In this document: positions 30,747 through 40,412 of the stretch, piece after piece
Layout: every line of letters starts with the position of its first letter
Position numbering within the stretch: the stretch's first letter is position 1
From: Verrucomicrobiota bacterium
Lineage (GTDB): Bacteria; Verrucomicrobiota; Lentisphaeria; Lentisphaerales; Lentisphaeraceae
Assembly: GCA_039798785.1 (NCBI GenBank)
Contig: JBDKFG010000070.1
Coordinates: forward strand, 10,338 to 74,337
Length of the DNA stretch: 64,000 nucleotides
Direction of reading: 5' to 3'
Translations under genes and position numbers: made by a program
Notes under the pieces: generated by a model
The model's database searches: none
Seen by the model: only the letters and a program-made list of their open reading frames with translations
What the model was told of the DNA's origin: nothing

Positions 30747-32375
30747 TCAGACCTTGGGCAGATCGGCGGCGGTGAGAAGCGGACCGGTGCTGCGGGTGGC
30801 CGCGGTACGCAGGCAGGAGGCAAGCTCGATCTCGTTGCCGCTCCAAGTGCGTCCGAGAAGACTGCGGCGGGCTTCGGGGTCGAGCTCGAGGTTGCGGCGG
30901 CCAGATTCGATGCGGGCGCGTTGGAAATAGAAGTCGACGAGGCTGGGCAGGTCGGCCTGGCGTTCGACCAGGCTGGGAAGCTGCAGGATGGAGCTGCCAA
31001 GGCGCTGGATCAGGGCAGGAACCAGACGCTGGCGAAGTTCGCTGACCGGCAAGGTGCTGGTGAAGATGAAGCGCGGGGCCTGGCGGATCGCGGTCTCGCC
31101 GAGGCTTTGCCATTCGAGCAGACGCTCGACCAGCAGCGACTGAACGTTGACTGGCAGGTGCTCACAGTTCTCCAGCATCATGGTGCCGGCCTGGGCCTGG
31201 CGCAGGCGTCCTTGGAAGCCATTGCCGCCGAAGAGCTCTTCAATGACGTCGTGCCCGGCGATCTCAGCGCAGTTGACATGGAGCATCCGCAGCGACGAAC
31301 GCTGGGAGTGCGAGTGGATGGCCTTGGCGTGAAGATGGAAATCACTGCCGCTGCAGCCGAGGATCAGGGCTGGTCCCTCCTGGGGGCCGAGGACCAAAAC
31401 CCGGTCCATCACCTGGGCTGCGGCCGGGGAGCTGCCAGGAAGCATCAGGCGAATGCTGCGGGTCTGCGGACCGACAGTGGGATGGTTGGCGATTGAAGCG
31501 AGGTGCAGACCGGCCTGCCAGCACAACGCCCGGGTGAAACCGAATTCGTCGTTGGTGAAGCTGCGCTGCGTGCTGTCGAGATAAACGACGCCATAGGGAG
31601 TCTTTTCGGGACGGAGCAGGGGGACGGATATGATCGAGCGAACCTTCTTGGCGCTCAGCTCGCGGCCGTCTGAAATCAAAGCCTGGGCGACGTTCTTCAC
31701 CAGGACCGACTTGCCGTCGCTCAGAGAGCGCCGCAGGATGTCCTTGCTGATCCGGCTCTGATCCGGCTCCCCTTCGGCGGCGTCGAGGAAGCCGGCGTTG
31801 CTGCCGCGCTCAGGGTCGGCCAGACCGAGATAGATCTGGTCGAAGGTGAAGGCGTTCAGAAGGTTGGTGTCGAGAGTCTCGTAGACGTCCATTTCATTGG
31901 AGCAGGCGGTGATCTCGATGGAGCTGAGGACGAGGCGGCGGAGCCACTCGCTGGAAAGCTCCCGGCTGACGGCGTTGAGCAAGGGTTCGCTGGCGAGGTA
32001 CTCGACCGTGTCGGCGAAGGACTCCTGCAGGTTGCTCAAGGTCTTGTGGCCCGAGTTCTGGCTGGCTTTCGGGCGGTTGCTAGCGGAAGAGGCTCCGTCG
32101 GCAGTGAACATAAGCTCGACAGGCCCGAGAGTGATGCGGTCTCCAGGTGCCAGGAAGGCACGCTCGGTCTGGCGTCCGTTGACCGATATGCCGTTGCGGC
32201 TGCCGAGGTCGACCACCTCCCAGACTCCATTGGCGGAAAGGATCTGGGCGTGCTTGCGGGAGACGCCTTCGTTGTCGATGAAAATACTGGTGTCGCTGCC
32301 TCTGCCGAGTGTTTCAGTCATCTGGCCTTTCAAGATGAAGATCTGGCCGTTGTCGAGTCTGATCAAGCTTGGCAT
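30747..32375 (-). CDS. FHA + GAF + degenerate sigma54-activator-type AAA+ protein
   Basis: FHA 'LGRG...VSRKHA...DLGSRNG'; GAF 'SIISVPL...GVVYLD'; AAA remnants 'AKAIHSHSQR', 'VNCA', 'LPSLVERQAD', 'WSGNEIEL'. Confidence 0.85.
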   Translation of the reverse strand: MPSLIRLDNGQIFILKGQMTETLGRGSDTSIFIDNEGVSRKHAQILSANGVWEVVDLGSRNGISVNGRQTERAFLAPGDRITLGPVELMFTADGASSASNRPKASQNSGHKTLSNLQESFADTVEYLASEPLLNAVSRELSSEWLRRLVLSSIEITACSNEMDVYETLDTNLLNAFTFDQIYLGLADPERGSNAGFLDAAEGEPDQSRISKDILRRSLSDGKSVLVKNVAQALISDGRELSAKKVRSIISVPLLRPEKTPYGVVYLDSTQRSFTNDEFGFTRALCWQAGLHLASIANHPTVGPQTRSIRLMLPGSSPAAAQVMDRVLVLGPQEGPALILGCSGSDFHLHAKAIHSHSQRSSLRMLHVNCAEIAGHDVIEELFGGNGFQGRLRQAQAGTMMLENCEHLPVNVQSLLVERLLEWQSLGETAIRQAPRFIFTSTLPVSELRQRLVPALIQRLGSSILQLPSLVERQADLPSLVDFYFQRARIESGRRNLELDPEARRSLLGRTWSGNEIELASCLRTAATRSTGPLLTAADLPKV

Positions 32376-32610
32376 TTAGGCCCCCGGTGCATTCGTTTGG
32401 ATTATCTGCTCAATCTAAAGGGGGGTGTTGATCCGACAAGAGCTCATGTCAGAATTCAAGTTTTATCCCTCGCTGTGACTGGATGTTACCACCAAATGCC
32501 CGCCGCTTCCTGCCCGGATGAAGGACGGGTGCCGATCCGGCGGAAGCAGGGCTCGCGGATGTAGAGTGCAAGCTGAGCTCAATAAGCTCCGGTTGAGGTC
32601 TAGGCTTCCG

Positions 32611-35600
32611 CTATTTCTTGATCACCACGTCGCTCTGCAGGACGAAGAGTGCGAGATCCTGCATCTTGGCGCCTTCTTTGATCAGCCGGGTCGCCTCGGC
32701 GCGAAGCCAGACTTCTTCGCCATAACTGAGGCTCCGGCCGGCGGCGTAGGAGGCAAAATGCTTCATGAAGCTGTAGGCGATCTGGTCAGGCCGCTGCTTG
32801 GCAAGATAAGCCTTGAGGCCGTCAAGATCCTTCACTTCTGTGCCGTCCGGCAGCTTTGCGTCTGCCGCAGCCTTGGGCTTGTAGCGTCCCGCTGCGTCGA
32901 AGGTCTCGAAGGGAATGCCCCAGGGGTCGATTTTTTCATGGCATTTGACGCAGCCCGGTTGCGAGCGGTGAAGCTCCAGGCGTTGGCGGAGGGTCATCTC
33001 CTTGCTGCCGCTCTTGTCGATCCCGGGGACGTTGGGCGGCGGATCGCCTGGCGGCTCGGCGACGATCTTGCGTGCCAGCCATGCGCCGCGCTTGACCGGG
33101 TGCGACTCGTGACCGTCGGAAAGACCGGTGAGCAAGGCTACTTGCGACAGCAGGCCTCCGAGTTCGCGGCGCGTGGCGGTAGAGACCGGGACGAAGTCGA
33201 AGCCGGAATTGGGAGACGGCAGCTTGTAGTAGGCTGCGGTGAGATCATTGGCCATGATGAAGTCGCTCTCCACCAAATGGCTCACCGGCAGGTTCTGGCG
33301 GAGGAGGTGCTTGACGAACTCCACCGGCTCGCGACGAAGCTGCGCCCGGGCGTTCTTGTGCAGATCCTTGAACTTGCGTTCATCGACCGCGACAGTGTCG
33401 AACTTGTCGAGCTGCAGCCACTGGCGGACGAAGGTCTCAAGGCCTTGCTCAGCGCGTGAATCGAGCAGCATTTTCTGAAGTCGGGACGGGAGCTCGCGGC
33501 GCAAGGCGCCGCTTTCGGCGGCGGCGATCAAGGCGCTTTCGGGAGGGCGGTTCCACAAGGCGTAGCTGATCTTGGCGGCGAGCTCGGTGCCGCTGAGATC
33601 CTCCTTGGCGGGAGAGGGGCTGTCCTCGATCAGGTAGAGGAACTGCGGCGAGGTGAGGACACAGAGAAGGGCATCCTTCACGGCGGCGCGGAAATCAGGC
33701 TTCGCTGCATAGGCGTCCTTCCAGATCTTCAGCATCGCCTCGATCTCGCCGGGACTGACGCTGCGCCGCCAGGCTCGCGGCATGAAGGCGGCGAGAATTT
33801 CGCGAGCATAGGTTTCAGGTTGATCCTGGTGGGGCGAGGCGATGAAGATGTCGCTGTGGCTCTTCGGCGGCCAGGAGTCATAGACCGGTCCTTCGAACTC
33901 GACCGACTGGACGAGTAGACGAGGCACGTCCCGTCCATCGGTGTATTCCGAGCGGACGCCGATCTCGCGCAGACCGGCGAGGTAGTTGTCGTTCTCCTCC
34001 ACCATCGAAGGAGCGGGGAAGTCATTGATCGAACCCTCGAAGGTATAAATCTGTGGTGTCGACGACTTCACTTCGTCGGGCATGCGTACCGGCACCAGGC
34101 TGTGGCCGTCGTCGCGGCGGAAGCCGAGATGGACGCCGAGGCGGGGATTGGTGCGTTGATAGGCGGCGAACCGCTCGGCGGCAGGGCTTCCGGCGGCGAC
34201 AGGGCTCAGCTTGGCGGACAGGATCTTGGTGCTGGGTTCGACGGTCAGGGCCACCGGCAAGTCGCCAGCCTCAAGATGAACGAGGAAGAAGCCTTCGTGC
34301 TTCTCCTTGGGAGCGCCGGAGAATTGGCGTTCGGCGACTTTTTTGCCCTTTTGGGAAAAGGTGATCTTGGCGCCCTCGAAACGCTGTTCGAACCCCCCGC
34401 GGTTGAAGACCGTGAGGCTGTCGGCTCGAACCGATTCGGGGAACTTCAATTCCAGCCAGGGATTGTTTTCGAAGCCGGTGTGGGCGAGGTTGCTTTTGTT
34501 GCCGTCGACCAGATTCTGCGGAGCGAACTGATCCTGCATGTCGTAGAGAGAGGAGCCTAAGACGGTGCTTCTGGGCGCGATGTTTTTGCCTCCTTGATAG
34601 ATTTCGACTTCATGGAGGTTGATCACCTTGTTTTTGCCGGGGACGGTGATCCTGGCAGTGTCAAATTCGAATTTCGCCAGGTCGTCAAGGCTCAGCTCAA
34701 GCTGCGACACGAAAGCGCCGTTGAGACGGACTCCGAATTCCCTTGTCCCAAGCTTGATGTTGAGTTTGTCGACCTTGTCGGAGCTGGCATAGCGGAGATC
34801 GAGCTGATAGATGCCGCTTTTCGGCACCTTGACCCGGCTCGACTGGCTGATCTCGATGCCTGCCGGAGCGTTTATGGGCTTGCTGCCGGCATCGAGCGGC
34901 AACATGTCGTCGTAGCGGGCCGCCTTGACCTTGACACGGAATTTCCCGCCGGCGGGAAGCTCGCGCAAGGAAATCTTGAAGTTCGGCGTGGTGCCCATGG
35001 TGCTACCTTGGCCAAACATCTCGTTCACCGGAATCGACGGACGCAGAAGCAAGCCCTCGTCGATGATGCTGTAGGGCTCGCCCTTGGGGTAGCCGCCGCC
35101 GCCACGGAGACAGGCGTAGACGGCGTGCTGGAGTCCGTCGAAATGGCGCCAGCCCCGGACGGTGTCGTTGCCTCGATAGCCCTCGATGAAGTCATAGGAT
35201 TTGCGCATCGCGAATGGCTTGATAGGGAAATTTTTGACCGCAGTCAACTCGGTGATTCTGTGATCGTCGTTGGCGAGTAACTCCGAGCCGGCGCCGAGGA
35301 TGAGATTCTCCTTCGAGGCCTTGGGGTTGACGCCGTGGCCGAGATCGATGCGGAAGTTTTGGACCACCGGGGGCGTTTTCGGATCGACGATGATCATATC
35401 GAGCGCCTGGCAGGCGATTTCCATGTAGGACTCCAGCTGCAGAGGGCTCATCGACAGGATCTGGGTGTTGTTGGCGAATCCTTCCTTCGACAATCCTTCT
35501 TCAGGCAGGACGCGCGCCAGGTTTTCGTCGAGCCCGAGGAGATCTTGCAGAGTGTTGCGGTATTCCAGGCGGGTGAGGCGGCGGATCTGTCCATTCCGGA

Positions 35601-35937
35601 ATTTGTCGCGCTCCAAAGCTTTCTTGATGCCGCCATCGATGAAGGCGAGCAGCGCCTGCCTTTCCTCGGCGCTCGGTTGCGGCTTCTCCTCCGGCGGCAT
35701 CTCCTCCTCTTCCAGCTCTTTGCGGATCTCGCGCCAAAGCTGCAAATGGCGATCCTCGAAGGCCGGGGTAAGGAGGTCGACCCGGATCCCCGACTTCATC
35801 TTCTCAGCTCCGTGGCAGGAAGTGCAGTATTTCTCCATCAAAGGCTTGATCTTGTCGTGATACTCCTTCTCCTCGGCCGCACGCGCCTGGAGAGCATTGA
35901 TGGAAAGCAGCAAAAGAGCGGGAATTCGCAGAATCAT
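32611..35937 (-). CDS. Planctomycete-type cytochrome c / DUF1592 (PSD1-5, PSCyt) protein with inserted discoidin-like domain
   Basis: Signal peptide, CTSCH, 'IRRLTRLEYRNTLQDLLG', 'ELAAKISYALW', 'FVRQWLQL', 'HPVKRGAWL', 'CVKCHEKIDPWG..FE'. Confidence 0.9.
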   Translation of the reverse strand: MILRIPALLLLSINALQARAAEEKEYHDKIKPLMEKYCTSCHGAEKMKSGIRVDLLTPAFEDRHLQLWREIRKELEEEEMPPEEKPQPSAEERQALLAFIDGGIKKALERDKFRNGQIRRLTRLEYRNTLQDLLGLDENLARVLPEEGLSKEGFANNTQILSMSPLQLESYMEIACQALDMIIVDPKTPPVVQNFRIDLGHGVNPKASKENLILGAGSELLANDDHRITELTAVKNFPIKPFAMRKSYDFIEGYRGNDTVRGWRHFDGLQHAVYACLRGGGGYPKGEPYSIIDEGLLLRPSIPVNEMFGQGSTMGTTPNFKISLRELPAGGKFRVKVKAARYDDMLPLDAGSKPINAPAGIEISQSSRVKVPKSGIYQLDLRYASSDKVDKLNIKLGTREFGVRLNGAFVSQLELSLDDLAKFEFDTARITVPGKNKVINLHEVEIYQGGKNIAPRSTVLGSSLYDMQDQFAPQNLVDGNKSNLAHTGFENNPWLELKFPESVRADSLTVFNRGGFEQRFEGAKITFSQKGKKVAERQFSGAPKEKHEGFFLVHLEAGDLPVALTVEPSTKILSAKLSPVAAGSPAAERFAAYQRTNPRLGVHLGFRRDDGHSLVPVRMPDEVKSSTPQIYTFEGSINDFPAPSMVEENDNYLAGLREIGVRSEYTDGRDVPRLLVQSVEFEGPVYDSWPPKSHSDIFIASPHQDQPETYAREILAAFMPRAWRRSVSPGEIEAMLKIWKDAYAAKPDFRAAVKDALLCVLTSPQFLYLIEDSPSPAKEDLSGTELAAKISYALWNRPPESALIAAAESGALRRELPSRLQKMLLDSRAEQGLETFVRQWLQLDKFDTVAVDERKFKDLHKNARAQLRREPVEFVKHLLRQNLPVSHLVESDFIMANDLTAAYYKLPSPNSGFDFVPVSTATRRELGGLLSQVALLTGLSDGHESHPVKRGAWLARKIVAEPPGDPPPNVPGIDKSGSKEMTLRQRLELHRSQPGCVKCHEKIDPWGIPFETFDAAGRYKPKAAADAKLPDGTEVKDLDGLKAYLAKQRPDQIAYSFMKHFASYAAGRSLSYGEEVWLRAEATRLIKEGAKMQDLALFVLQSDVVIKK

Positions 35938-36030
35938 GATTCACCTCGGCAGGTTTGGGATTCACCACTGACATGCCGAAATCCCCTAGTGTTCCGCAAA
36001 GCATGAAAAAAATCCCCACTATTCAGAGAT

Positions 36031-36606
36031 TTAGCTGCCGTTGCCGTCCTCTTGGGTGACTTGCGGGCGGCACATATGTCGGCGGTAATGACACATTTCG
36101 GCCACGGATTCACGGATGTCGTCAAGGGCGCGGTGCTTGGTCTTTTTACTGAATTTCGGCACCATCTCGCCGTACCAGCGCCAAGAGACTTCCTTGAAGG
36201 AGGAGACGTCGATGACCCGGTAATGGAGATGTTCCAGCAGCTTGGGCATGTAGTGGAAGAGGAACATCCGATCCATGCCGATCGAATTGCCGCAGAGGGG
36301 GGACTTACCTGGCAGTGCGTATTGCTGAATGAACTCGAGCACCTGAGCTTCCGCATCAGCGAGGCTGATCTTGGAATCGCGGCAGGCCTGGGTCAGGCCG
36401 CTGCGTCCGTGATTCTCCCGGCACCAGGCATTCATGGCCGCCAAAGTCTCATCGGAAGCGTGAATGACCAGATCAGGTCCTTCGGCGATGATTTCAAGAT
36501 CCTTGTTGGTGATCAGGCAGGCTATTTCAAGAATGCTGTCGCGACGCGGGTCGAGGCCGGTCATTTCAAGATCGATCCAGACGAGATTTCCAATTTCCGC
36601 AGACAT
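36031..36606 (-). CDS. orn: Oligoribonuclease
   Basis: 'LVWIDLEMTGLD', 'HGRSGL', 'PLCGNSIGMDR', 'HYRVIDVSS', 'HRALDDIRES'. Confidence 0.96.
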   Translation of the reverse strand: MSAEIGNLVWIDLEMTGLDPRRDSILEIACLITNKDLEIIAEGPDLVIHASDETLAAMNAWCRENHGRSGLTQACRDSKISLADAEAQVLEFIQQYALPGKSPLCGNSIGMDRMFLFHYMPKLLEHLHYRVIDVSSFKEVSWRWYGEMVPKFSKKTKHRALDDIRESVAEMCHYRRHMCRPQVTQEDGNGS

Positions 36607-36677
36607 GAGGGCTCCCGAGCATTAGGAATTTCTAAGGTCATAGAATCCGGCCGGATCGAAAGGCCGTGCATTCTCGA

Positions 36678-37739
36678 TTATTGATTGTTCCTGCTGCGAT
36701 TGGCGTCTACCAGGAGCGGCGCAAGTCCATCGCGGATGCGCAGGAGGTCCTCGGCGGCCTCAGTTGCGGTGGCGTAGCGATCATCGGGATCGCGAGCCAT
36801 CATGGTGGCAAGCACTTCAGCGAGCCCGGCCGGGCAGTTGCGAATGACTTCGTCCAGACGGGGGGTGTTGTCGCGCAGGCGGGCGTTGAGCACTTCCAGC
36901 AGGCTGCCATAGTTGAAGGGCGGCGCGCCGGAGATGATGTGGAAGAGCGAGGTTCCTAGCGAGTAGATGTCGGCGCGGTTGTCCTGATGGCCGTCACTGG
37001 TGACCATTTCCGGGCTGACGTAGTACGGGGTGCCGATGATGGTCTTGGAATCGGTGACGGCGGTTTCGTGCGAGGAGACCAGGCCGAAATCGCAGAGCTT
37101 GACGCAGCCGTCGCTGGTGATCATGATGTTGTGCGGCTTGACGTCGCGGTGGATCATCAGGAAGTTGGACCAGACGTGGTCGAGAGCGTAGCAGACATGG
37201 GCGCCGACGGCGATGGCGTCTTCCGCAGGCATCGGACCGTAGCTTTCGAGGTATTCGGCGAGATTCATCCCGTCGATCAGTTCCATGACGATGTGGAGAA
37301 TGCCGTCGATTTCACCGCCGCCGAAGATCCGGACGATGTTGTCGTGGATCAGTTGCGAAGCCATTTCGACCTCGGCGGCGAACTCCTTGCCGCCGTGCTC
37401 GTCGTCGCCGGGAGCGGTGTAGAAAAGCTTCAGCGCGTAGTCGTGGCCGGTGGCGAGATGGCGGCCACGGACGACCAAGGCGTTGCCGCCGGTGCCGAGC
37501 TTGTCCTCGATCTTATAGTCGCCGAAGATCACGAATGAGGATTCCGGATCCGGAAGATACAGGTTGAGCTTGCTGCAGCTGGTGCATCGTTCCAAGCCGC
37601 CGCTGCGGGGGACGGTGCTGTCGTAAAGGCGGCCGCAATGTTCGCAGGCGAGTTGCAAGGCAGGACTCCGGATCGTTTGTCTGAGACAGAGTTTACCGCG
37701 ACATTGGAATTTTGTCGTGGGGATTCGCCGAGATGTCAA
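36678..37739 (-). CDS. Hanks-type Ser/Thr protein kinase with N-terminal zinc ribbon
   Basis: 'LGTGG', 'YALK', 'HRDVKPHN', 'DFG', 'GTPYYVSPE', 'DIYSLG'; CEHC and CTSC at the N-terminus. Start uncertain. Confidence 0.93.
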   Translation of the reverse strand: MTSRRIPTTKFQCRGKLCLRQTIRSPALQLACEHCGRLYDSTVPRSGGLERCTSCSKLNLYLPDPESSFVIFGDYKIEDKLGTGGNALVVRGRHLATGHDYALKLFYTAPGDDEHGGKEFAAEVEMASQLIHDNIVRIFGGGEIDGILHIVMELIDGMNLAEYLESYGPMPAEDAIAVGAHVCYALDHVWSNFLMIHRDVKPHNIMITSDGCVKLCDFGLVSSHETAVTDSKTIIGTPYYVSPEMVTSDGHQDNRADIYSLGTSLFHIISGAPPFNYGSLLEVLNARLRDNTPRLDEVIRNCPAGLAEVLATMMARDPDDRYATATEAAEDLLRIRDGLAPLLVDANRSRNNQ

Positions 37740-37763
37740 CAGAAGCCGTGGCGGAGACGGGAC

Positions 37764-38834
37764 TCACTCCGCCTCCTTGCCGCGGACGAGACTGCCGGGA
37801 TCGCGCTCCAGAGTGGTCAAAAGAGCGTCGAGCGCGCTGAGTGTGTCGCGCAGGCGTTTCAGGGTCAGCTGCACTTCTTCGGAGCTTTCGGTCAGAGCCA
37901 GGGAGGAGGCTGCGAGGTTTTTCTCGGCCGCTGGCCGGAAGGCGGAGATGTCCTTGCCGGCCTGGGCGAGGGACAAAGCGGCGTCTCGCATCGGCTCCTC
38001 GATGTTGCGGGTGCTGGAGCTCAGTTGCGCGAGGGTGGCGCGGGCCTGTTTAGAGACGGCCTCGAGCTCCATAGCCGCGACTTGCTTTTTCAATTCCAGC
38101 GAGCTTTCATTGGCTGAAGCGAGCAGTTTTTCAGCCTGGCTGAGGATTGCCGCCAGGCGCTCGTCATTGAAGCGTGCATCGAGCCGCGAGCTCAGTTCTG
38201 CGAGATGGAAGCTGCTGCTCTCGAGGTTGCTGACGATCTGGCCGACGGCTTTGCTCTCGAGTATCCGGTTGGCATTGGCGAAGGACTTTTGCGCCTCAGT
38301 GGCGAGTCCGGCGATATCGAGACTGGCAAGACGGGAAATCGAGCGGTCGATCTTCTCCATGGCGCCGGCGAGGGCTGAGCGTTTCGACGGAATGAAGCGG
38401 TCGTCATCGCCGGGGCCGTCGACCTCAAGTTCCTCGGCTTTGCGGTAGTCGAGCTGGACGAACTTGAGTCCGGTGATGCCGGTGTACTCGAGCTGGGCCC
38501 TCAGTCCCTTCTTGACTTCGTCCCGGATGGTTTGGCGGAACCAGTCGCGGTCTCCCGGCTGTTCACCGGGATTCATCGAGCTGATCTCGCAGGTGAACTC
38601 GACCCGGATGCGCTGGCCCGCGATGGTGATCCGCTTCACCTTGCCGAGCGTGACTCCCTTGAATCGCAGCGCTGCGCCGGGCTCGAGCCCCTGCACCGGC
38701 TCGTCGAAATAGGTATAGAACTGCACGGTCGGTTCAAAAGCCCGGCGCAGGCCGAAGGCGAAAAGCCCGGCGATGAACAAGGTCAATCCAGCAAGGAGGA
38801 AGAGGCCGAGGCGGAGGCGTGAAGGGTCGATCAT
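37764..38834 (-). CDS. MlaD/MCE family protein
   Basis: N-terminal TM, 'YFDEPVQGLEPGAALRFKGVTLGKV', 'LRAQL..TGITGLKFVQL', coiled coil, terminal 'LERDPGSLVRG'. Confidence 0.92.
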   Translation of the reverse strand: MIDPSRLRLGLFLLAGLTLFIAGLFAFGLRRAFEPTVQFYTYFDEPVQGLEPGAALRFKGVTLGKVKRITIAGQRIRVEFTCEISSMNPGEQPGDRDWFRQTIRDEVKKGLRAQLEYTGITGLKFVQLDYRKAEELEVDGPGDDDRFIPSKRSALAGAMEKIDRSISRLASLDIAGLATEAQKSFANANRILESKAVGQIVSNLESSSFHLAELSSRLDARFNDERLAAILSQAEKLLASANESSLELKKQVAAMELEAVSKQARATLAQLSSSTRNIEEPMRDAALSLAQAGKDISAFRPAAEKNLAASSLALTESSEEVQLTLKRLRDTLSALDALLTTLERDPGSLVRGKEAE

Positions 38835-38894
38835 GGATTTCAGGGGGTGAAAGGGTTTTAGGGGGTGAAGGAGCGACTTTGCGTAGCGGCTGGA

Positions 38895-38922
38895 TCGAAC
38901 TTTAAACCTTAAACTTTAAACT
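38895..38922. repeat. Heptamer repeat TTAAAC(T/C) x3 plus one degenerate unit
   Basis: Contains the stop codon of the RlmD-like gene (38916-38918). Confidence 0.88.
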
Positions 38923-40124
38923 CGTTCCAGCAGGACGAGTGTTTCGAAATGCCAAGTCTGGGGGAACATGTCGAACTGGACGAGGCGAGTGGGGCGGTAG
39001 CGACGGGCGAGGATGCCGAGGTCATCGAGCAGCGAAGCTGGGTGGCAGGATAGGTAGGCGAGTCGTCCGGGTGCCAGATCGAGAATGCGGCGCAGGGCCA
39101 TCTCCTCCATTCCGGCGCGGGGCGGGTTGAGAATGGCGAAGCCGGGGACTTCCGTCCATGTCGCGAGAAAATCCTTGACGTCCTGCTCGACGATGTCGAG
39201 ATGGGTGATTCCCGCGGCAGCGGCGTTGCGACGGGCCATGAGCACATTGTCGGGAAAGTTCTCGACGGCGACGATCCGCCGGGCCGACTCGCCGCAGACC
39301 AGGGCCATGGTGCAAGTTCCGGAGTAGAGATCGAGGAGCAGCTCGGGCCGGACGCTTTCGACCGCATCGCGTATGGCGCCATAGGCGAGGCTGGCCACCT
39401 CTGCGTTGGACTGGAAGAAGGTGCTGGGACCGAGGACGAAGCGCTTGCCGAGGATCTCCTCCTCGATGAACGCGGACCCCCAGTGTCGGAAGCTGTCGCC
39501 CACGGAGATGTCGGCCTTGCCGCTGCTGACTATCCAATGGAAGGAGTGCACCGAGCCGTCGCCGATGAACTCCTGGGCCAGGCTTTCGATCGAGGATGAG
39601 TGATCCTGGGTGGCGGTGATGAGGCAGAGGAGCTGCTGGCCGAGGCGGGTGCGGCGGACGATGATGTAGCGCAAATCGCCGCCGCTATGCTTGAGGCTGT
39701 CGTAGGCCGGTATGCCGAGCCTGGCGCAGGCTTCCGCGCAGCGACGGAAGACGAACTGCGAGGGCTCAGGGTTGAGGAGGCATTCGGGCGTGGCGACGAT
39801 GGCGCGCGGATTGTGGCAGTGGCGGAGACCGGCAGCGTTTGCTGCGACTGCGAAATCCATCCTCTGACGATAATGGAAAGGCTGCGGGCTGGCGACCATC
39901 TCATGCTCGACCCCGGAGAAAAAACGGTCGAAGCCACGGCTCTGGATGAGCTGGGCGAGTGAGCGCCTCTTCGCCTCCAGCTGATGCTCGTAGCTGAGCT
40001 CCTGCAGATCGCAGCCGCCGCAGCTGTGGTAGTGACGGCAGGGCGCGAGCTGTTCAGGCAGCCCTTGCTTCGCCGCGGCGTAGAGCTTCTCCTGCTTCTC
40101 CCTGCTGCCAATGCCTCTGGCCAT
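38916..40124 (-). CDS. RNA (uracil-5-)-methyltransferase, RlmD/TrmA family
   Basis: 'CRHYHSCGGC', 'FFQSN', 'LDLYSG', 'NPPRAG', 'YLSCHP', 'DMFPQTWHFE'. Confidence 0.92.
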   Translation of the reverse strand: MARGIGSREKQEKLYAAAKQGLPEQLAPCRHYHSCGGCDLQELSYEHQLEAKRRSLAQLIQSRGFDRFFSGVEHEMVASPQPFHYRQRMDFAVAANAAGLRHCHNPRAIVATPECLLNPEPSQFVFRRCAEACARLGIPAYDSLKHSGGDLRYIIVRRTRLGQQLLCLITATQDHSSSIESLAQEFIGDGSVHSFHWIVSSGKADISVGDSFRHWGSAFIEEEILGKRFVLGPSTFFQSNAEVASLAYGAIRDAVESVRPELLLDLYSGTCTMALVCGESARRIVAVENFPDNVLMARRNAAAAGITHLDIVEQDVKDFLATWTEVPGFAILNPPRAGMEEMALRRILDLAPGRLAYLSCHPASLLDDLGILARRYRPTRLVQFDMFPQTWHFETLVLLERV

Positions 40125-40273
40125 TCAGGAAATTCCTGCGGACTTGTGGAAGTCTCTCATGGCTTGGATCTGGATCGGGACGGATGGCTTGGTCATGTGG
40201 ACTGTGGGGTTGCTTGAGGTGTCGGCAGTATACCGTGCAAGAAGCCATTCTCAAGGCTTGGGCGTCAAGAGCG

Positions 40274-40304
40274 AAAAGCCGGGACAGGAACACCTGGCCC
40301 GGCT
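40274..40304 (-). terminator. Probable intrinsic terminator after the sulfatase gene
   Basis: Stem AGCCGGG.CAGG/CCTG.CCCGGCT, followed by a short T-tract on the minus strand. Confidence 0.5.
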
Positions 40305-40318
40305 AGGAGAATTAACCT

Positions 40319-40412
40319 GGATTCCGAAGCTGAGCTTGGGCTCAGCTCGGGAATCCGATTCAAGATTCAAAATTCAAGATTCAACAGAACGCGAACAAAA
40401 TCAAAGATTTAA
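40319..40412 (-). repeat. Dispersed 3'-intergenic element, copy 2 (supplies the sulfatase TAA)
   Basis: Reverse complement of 13710..13787 plus a 16-nt insertion; four GATTCAA-type heptamers. Confidence 0.9.

Noticed and set aside
32498..32552. Intergenic hairpin as riboswitch or ncRNA (also 5049-5080)
   Set aside because: Single GC-rich stem with no recognisable conserved motif or second copy; could be an ordinary terminator or chance.
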